64,000 nt of DNA, taken from the NCBI GenBank assembly GCA_951406725.2, contig OX597832.1, positions 23,746,001 to 23,810,000 on the forward strand, read 5' to 3'. The first letter of the stretch is position 1. Each line of letters starts with the position of its first letter. Of this stretch, positions 58,123 through 64,000 are shown one piece after another. The notes beneath the pieces are model-generated. The model was not told the DNA's origin, did no database searches, and was given only the letters and a program-made list of their open reading frames with translations. Source of the stretch: Octopus vulgaris. Lineage: Eukaryota. Both the position numbers and the translations under genes were made by a program.

Positions 58123-59051
58123 CTTCTTCTTCCAATCAGGACTCACGCTATTAGCCACAAAGAATAATCTCTAATTCGAGCCTACTCTAAGCTACTAAAA
58201 AAGATCCATCCACCACACGCGATAAACTGGTGGTTGCACGGGCGCGAAAGCTACGTTGTTATCCTCATTCCGTAAACGGTGGCTTTTAACGGGTGGAGAG
58301 CTGAACCATCCTAGGGTACAGAGGATTCGCAATCTAGACTAGGGTCTGAAAGTTTACCACACCATAGTGTGGTTACACCATGGTTCCTCTGCTTTATGAC
58401 AGAAGTAGGAAGAAAGAGTGAGAGAAAGTTGTGGTGAAAGAGTACGGCGGGGTTCAAAACCCCGCCCCGCCGAAGCCTCGTGGAGCTTAGGTGTTTTTCC
58501 TCAATAAACACTTTTAACGGGTGGAGAGCTGAACCATCCTGGGGTACAGAGTATTCGCAATCTAGACTAGGGTCTGAAAGTTTACCACACCATAGTGTGG
58601 TTACACCATGGTTCCTCTGCTTTGTGGTAGAAGTAGGAAGAAAGAGTGAGAGAAAGTTGTGGTGAAAGAGTACAGCGGGGTTCAAAACCCCGCCCCGCCG
58701 AAGCCTCGTGGAGCTTAGGTGTTTTTGCTCAATAAACACTTTTAACGGGTGGAGAGCTGAACCATCCTGGGGTACAGAGTATTCGCAATCTAGACTAGGG
58801 TCTGAAAGTTTACCACACCATAGTGTGGTTACACCATGGTTCCTCTGCTTTGTGACAGAAGTAGGAAGAAAGAGTGAGAGAAAGTTGTGGTGAAAGAGTA
58901 CAGCGGGGTTCAAAACCCCGCCACGCCGAAGCCTCGTGGTGCTTAGGTGTTTTTGCTCAATAAACACTTACAATGTCCGGTCTGGGAATCTAGAACCGCG
59001 TTCTTACGGCCGCGAGTCCGCTGCTCTAACCACTGGGCCATTGCGCCTCCA
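58123..59051 (-). mobile_element. Composite SINE D insertion: tRNA-like head + three 228-bp tandem units + LINE-like tail ending (GAA)3
   Basis: Units start at 58283, 58511, 58739; 10-bp TSD cagttgttgt at 58113-58122 and 59052-59061. Confidence 0.85.
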
Positions 59052-60298
59052 CAGTTGTTGTTGTTGTTGTTGCTGTTGTTCTAGGTATATGTCGTTGACG
59101 TTATTATTTAGCCCAGTTATTGTATAGAAGCGCCGATGGGCATTGTTCGCTTTCTCCGTCATTTTGTTTTCATGTTCATGACATGGTCCTCGGCCTGTGA
59201 ACGTTGAGCAGTGAAAAGATTTATCAGGAGAACTTGTCATGTAATTTAATACAAATCTTTAGAAAGAAAATAATGGTTTTTTTTTTCTTTCTTTCCTATA
59301 AACATACTTTTTATTGAGACTTCCAACTATTCATTTCACACTTAAATTTCATTACCAAGACTTGTCTTGCTGGTGGATGTTTTATTTGCTTGTTTTACTT
59401 TTCTTGTGTATTGGTTCTTTGTTTGAGAGTTTCTCGTTCGTCCGTTCGATCGTCTCCAGTGACATTTGTTGTTGTTGTTGTTGTTGTTGTTGAGGTTGTT
59501 GTTGTCGTTGTTCTTGTTGTTGTTCTTGTCTGTTGACATTCTTCTGCCCGTATTTTTAGCAAGAGAAATCAAACTCTACAATAAACAAAATTGAATTGAC
59601 AATACAAATATAAAGATAAAAATATATGATAATAAAAAAAGAATCTAAAAGAAATTTAAAAGAAAAAGTAAAAAGAATACATACATAGAAAAAAGAAAAA
59701 AAAACAAGAACATTTGGAATTTGTGGTGGTCAACTGAAAACACACACACAAACACATAACCCGTCTACGAATTCATAAGTCAGAAAAAATATACACTCGT
59801 ATATTTGGCAATAGATTGGGTATATTGATCAAAGTGTACAGTATGATATATCCATTTCAGCCGGTCGTGCCAATCGATTTCGCGCCAGCGGTTCAACAGG
59901 TTAGGTAAATGCCCAATGATGTAACCCCGCGCTCTTCAGAGATGGTAATTATGGAATGAAATATGACGGCTGTCCTCTTTCGCTGGAAGTGAACAGACAT
60001 GTCCGGTTTGTGGTTACTGTGAAAAAGACGATGAAACGAAACGAGCATTAGTTAATTCATTTAAGTAGCCTCCTTCCAAATGTGTGTATGTTTTAGAGTT
60101 GGTGTTCATGTGAAATGTAATGTGTGCAGTGGTACTATATGTGAAATTGGAGTGAGAGGGCTGGGGTGGGTTGAGCGGGTACCCTAAGGCCGCATAAATA
60201 TCTGTGTTCATTTCTTTATTTTTGTTTATGTTTTGGTTAAAACTGTTTTTTTGGGGGGAGGGGGCATTTATGTTTGCATGGAGCGTTGTATATATGTG

Positions 60299-60339
<41 letters not shown>

Positions 60340-60350
<11 letters not shown>

Positions 60351-60528
60351 TGTGTCTGTGTTTGTCCCCCAACATCGCTTGACAACTGTAACTTAGCGGT
60401 TCGGCAAAAGAAACTGATTAGAATAAGTACTAGGCTTACAATGAATAAGTCCTGGGGGTCGATTTGCTCGACTAAAGGCGGTGCTCCAGCATGGCCACAG
60501 TCACATGACTGAAGCAAGTAAAAGAGTA
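60340..60528 (+). mobile_element. SINE B 3' half
   Basis: Tail match. Confidence 0.8.
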
Positions 60529-61016
60529 AGATCAATTGGAAGTTTCTTGTTACAAATTTTTCGTCAGATCGACACAGAACCAGAAGAGTCTTCTCCTGGT
60601 ATTGCAGAGGAAAAGTCAACCGATTAATTTTACTACCGGTGGCTAAGCGCAGAGTATGAAATATAGGGACGTTACTTTATCTAGAACAAACAAATCAGCA
60701 GAATCTTACATCTGACTTTATCGAATGAACAACTATTCCGTCATTTCTGTAAAGGCCTCTATCAGTGACAATAAATTTGTTTTTGAGTTTATCTGGAACA
60801 TCAAACCAACAGAATCAGATATCTCTGCTCGCAGCTCCAAAATTTTAATGCACTGTCAGTTCTACTTTATCAAAGATGTACAGAAATGCGCCGTGAGGAT
60901 TTTTAAAAAACTCTTTTTTCTTTACCTTCTTTTGTCAATATTTCACCGGCCATCACAAATATAAAGAGAAGCTAAAAGCCAAACGAAGTTTTGTAGTCGA
61001 TTAGTTTAATAGTTGT

Positions 61017-61943
61017 AAGGCGGCGAGCTGGCAGAAAAGTTAGCACGCCGGACGAAATGCGTAGCCGTATTTCGTCTGCCGCTACGTTGTGAGTTCAATA
61101 AATTAAGTACCAGTTACGCACTGGGGTCAATGTAATCGACTTAATCCGTTTGTCTGTCCTTGTTTATCCCCTCTATGTTTAGCCCCTTATGGGTAGTAAA
61201 GAAATAGGTATTTCGTCTGCCGCTACGTTCTGAGTTCAAATTCCGCCGAGGTCGACTTTGCCTTTCATCCTTTCGGGGTCGATAAATTAAGTACCGGTTA
61301 CGCACTGAGGTCGATATAATCGACTTAATCCATTTGTCTGTCCTTGTTTATCCCCTCTATGTTTAGCCCCTTATGGGTAGTAAAGAAATAGGTATTTCGT
61401 CTGCAGCTACGTTCTGAGTTCAAATTCCGCCGAGGTCGACTTTGCCTTTCATCCTTTCGGGGTAGATAAATTATGTACCAGTTACGCATTGGGGGTCAAT
61501 GTAATCGACTTAATCCGTTTGTCTGTCCTTGTTTATCCCCTCTATGTTTAGCCCTTATGGGTAGTAAAGAAATAGGTATTTCGTCTGCCGCTACGTTCTG
61601 AGTTCAAATTCCGCCGAGGTCGACTTTGCCTTTCATCCTTTCGGGGTCGATAAATTAAGTACCGGTTACGCACTGAGGTCGATATAATCGACTTAATCCA
61701 TTTGTCTGTCCTTGTTTATCCCCTCTATGTTTAGCCCCTTATGGGTAGTAAAGAAATAGGTATTTCGTCTGCCGCTACGTTCTGAGTTCAAATTCCGCCG
61801 AGGTCGACTTTGCCTTTCATCCTTTCGGGGTAGATAAATTATGTACCAGTTACGCATTGGGGGTCAATGTAATCGACTTAATCCGTTTGTCTGTCCTTGT
61901 TTGTCCCCTCTATGTTTAGCCCCTTGTGGGTAATAACGAAACA
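61017..61943 (+). mobile_element. SINE A with one head and five tandem bodies inside one TSD
   Basis: 18-bp TSD gattagtttaatagttgt at 60999-61016 and 61944-61961. Confidence 0.9.
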
Positions 61944-63066
61944 GATTAGTTTAATAGTTGTGATTACAAGTAGTTGCTAACTTAAATAAAAATAAAATTT
62001 TCACGGTGCCAAAACGTTCTGGGGACAAAATGCCTGATGTCAAATAAGTCAGCATTGAATCAGCGGCGCTAAATAGAAAGGATCAAAACGGCCATAGCAA
62101 AGCATCTCATAACCTCTTCTAGCTTTTGTTCTTTTCTAATGAAAGCATTATTTTTTAAATCGAAAATAAGGCTTTTTTCTTCTGACATGTGTAACTTCAA
62201 TGTCATCGTCATCTACAGAGTTACGTCTCTTCTAGAGCACTGATGGATAGCGATGTCAAGATGAGGCGATAAAATTTTGACGATATTGAAGTCACTTAAT
62301 GTTCACTCGCTTTTATTATCAATGTTTTAAACAAGCAAATGACTGTTTGGGTGTTGCTCCATCGGCAATGATTTGTTGCTTCTCAAATGCAACCCATTAA
62401 TGTTATTTAATATTTCTTTTACAGAAGCGCCCGATCTCATTTTAGCAGAGTTAATTAAACTGCAATTTAACTAGAGGCAAAACGAAATTCTCCGCGTGTG
62501 ATATAAGATTTGCGGCTTCCCCCTTAGAATCAGACACATATTCATCCATTACGTAAAATGCTCTATCTATCACCCCTTAGCAAAATTAATATTTCTATCG
62601 GCTACTAATACACGTGCTACCCTAAATGAGATAATTCATCTAAAGCCAGTTGCTAGCAAGAAGTTACACCACTGTGTTATTATCCTTTCCTTATGCATGG
62701 ACACTAATAACACAATTAATCAGGTAAGTCTCCCTCAGAGAAAGTACAGCTGATTCTTATGGCTTAAAACAATCTGAGGAAAGCTTACAGTAGGAAACTT
62801 CAAGTTATGCGCGTTTACACTGTCCGACGCTAACTAGATCTAATAAATATTTCACTGCTAGATATTCGTATATATACATTGAAAGCTTTTGTTTTGTTCG
62901 TGAGGAAACCCTCTCTCTCTCCCTCTCTCTCTCTCTCTCTTTGTCTCTCTCACTCTCCCGCTCTCTATATCTCTTTATATACTGAAATTCACAGAAAAAC
63001 AAGACGGAGATACGTGTATGAACCACAAGCAGTTGTATTAGTTTGCCGCTCGGGAAAATGAGACAG

Positions 63067-63100
63067 CCTTATGTTTCGAGCCTACGCTCTTCAACAGAAA
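63067..63100 (-). ncRNA. Hammerhead motif (A6U variant), decayed
   Basis: ttt-CTGTTGA-agagc gtag gctc-GAAA-ca-TA-agg. Confidence 0.5.
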
Positions 63101-63161
63101 AGAATAAGAGAAAATAAACAGAGAGAATAAAAAGACGTGTTGATTTAGCGGTCAAATATAT

Positions 63162-63392
63162 ATTTCTTTACTGCCCACAAGGGGCTAAACATAGAGGGGA
63201 CAAACAAGGATAGACAAAGGGATTAAGTTGATTACATCAACCCCAGTGCGTAACTGGTACTTAATTTATCGACCCCGAAAGGTTGAAAGGCAAAGTCAAC
63301 CTCGGCGGAATTTGAACTCAGAACGTAACGACAGACGAAATACCGCTAAGCATTTCGCCCAGCGCGCTAACGCTTCTGCCAGCTCACCGCCT
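63162..63392 (-). mobile_element. SINE A, full length
   Basis: TSD gcggtcaaatatat at 63148-63161 and 63400-63413. Confidence 0.88.
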
Positions 63393-63419
63393 AAATATCG
63401 CGGTCAAATATATGCATAT

Positions 63420-63631
63420 GTATGTGTGACCGTGTTTGTCCCCCAACCATTGCTTGATAACCGATATTGGTGTGTTTATGTCCTCGTAACTTAGCGGTTC
63501 GACAAAAGATAGACCGATAGAATAAGCACTAGGCTTACAAAGAATAAGTCTTGGGGTCCATTCGGGCGACTAAAAGCAGTGCTCCAGCATGGCCGTAGTC
63601 AAATAACTGAAACCAGTAACAGAATAAAAGA

Positions 63632-63632
<1 letters not shown>
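63420..63632 (+). mobile_element. SINE B 3' half
   Basis: Tail match. Confidence 0.75.
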
Positions 63633-63680
<48 letters not shown>

Positions 63681-63681
63681 C

Positions 63682-63737
<56 letters not shown>

Positions 63738-63738
63738 G

Positions 63739-64000
63739 TGAAGGTGCACGGCTCAGTGGTTATGGTGTTGCACTCACGATTGTGAGATCGTGGGTTCGAT
63801 TCCCAGGCCGGGCGTTGCGTTGTGTTCTTGAGCAAAACACTTCATTTCACGTTGCTCTGCGATCATTTCCACATCTGACGTGTGGCACCCGTTTACACCT
63901 GTACAGGTAATGTCGATCTGATGGAGGGAGTGAGCTTATGTCTACAGAAACATTTGATCACTATAAGCAAATCCTCTGTGTGGTTGTTCGGTAAGAAATT
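63739..64000 (+). mobile_element. SINE C with tail type 6 (runs off the window)
   Basis: Head gaaggtgcacggctcagtggtt...ggttcgattcccagg; tail differs from other C copies after cacgttgctc. Confidence 0.75.

Noticed and set aside
58283-58966. CRISPR-like array or 218-aa repeat protein
   Set aside because: Units are identical tandem copies without unique spacers, and the ORF is a by-product of the 228-bp (76-codon) period.

Overview
Repeat-saturated, AT-rich eukaryotic DNA with no protein-coding gene I can identify. The SINE families and extreme (TA)n/(TAT)n/(TAGA)n/(CATA)n load point to an octopus (coleoid cephalopod) genome; this is an inference. Almost every ORF in the track is a microsatellite or SINE read-through. 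Contents: more than 30 tRNA-headed SINE copies in four families (called A-D here); non-LTR retrotransposon remnants (R4/Dong, another REL-type family, CRE, L1/Tx1, RTE); DNA transposon remnants (mariner, Tc1-like, hAT, a Merlin-like MITE, mariner MITEs, two Helitrons); an initiator-tRNA-Met pseudogene; and a 100-N gap. The main result is about 15 minimal type I hammerhead ribozyme motifs (about 1 per 4 kb) in a dozen unrelated short elements, mostly flanked by (TA)n and often folded back, which resemble Penelope-like-element pLTR remnants. They carry family-specific palindromic stem III sequences and show three Watson-Crick versions of the catalytic-core 3-8 pair (C-G, U-A, G-C). All structures were parsed by eye. 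Coordinates of diverged repeats are approximate.
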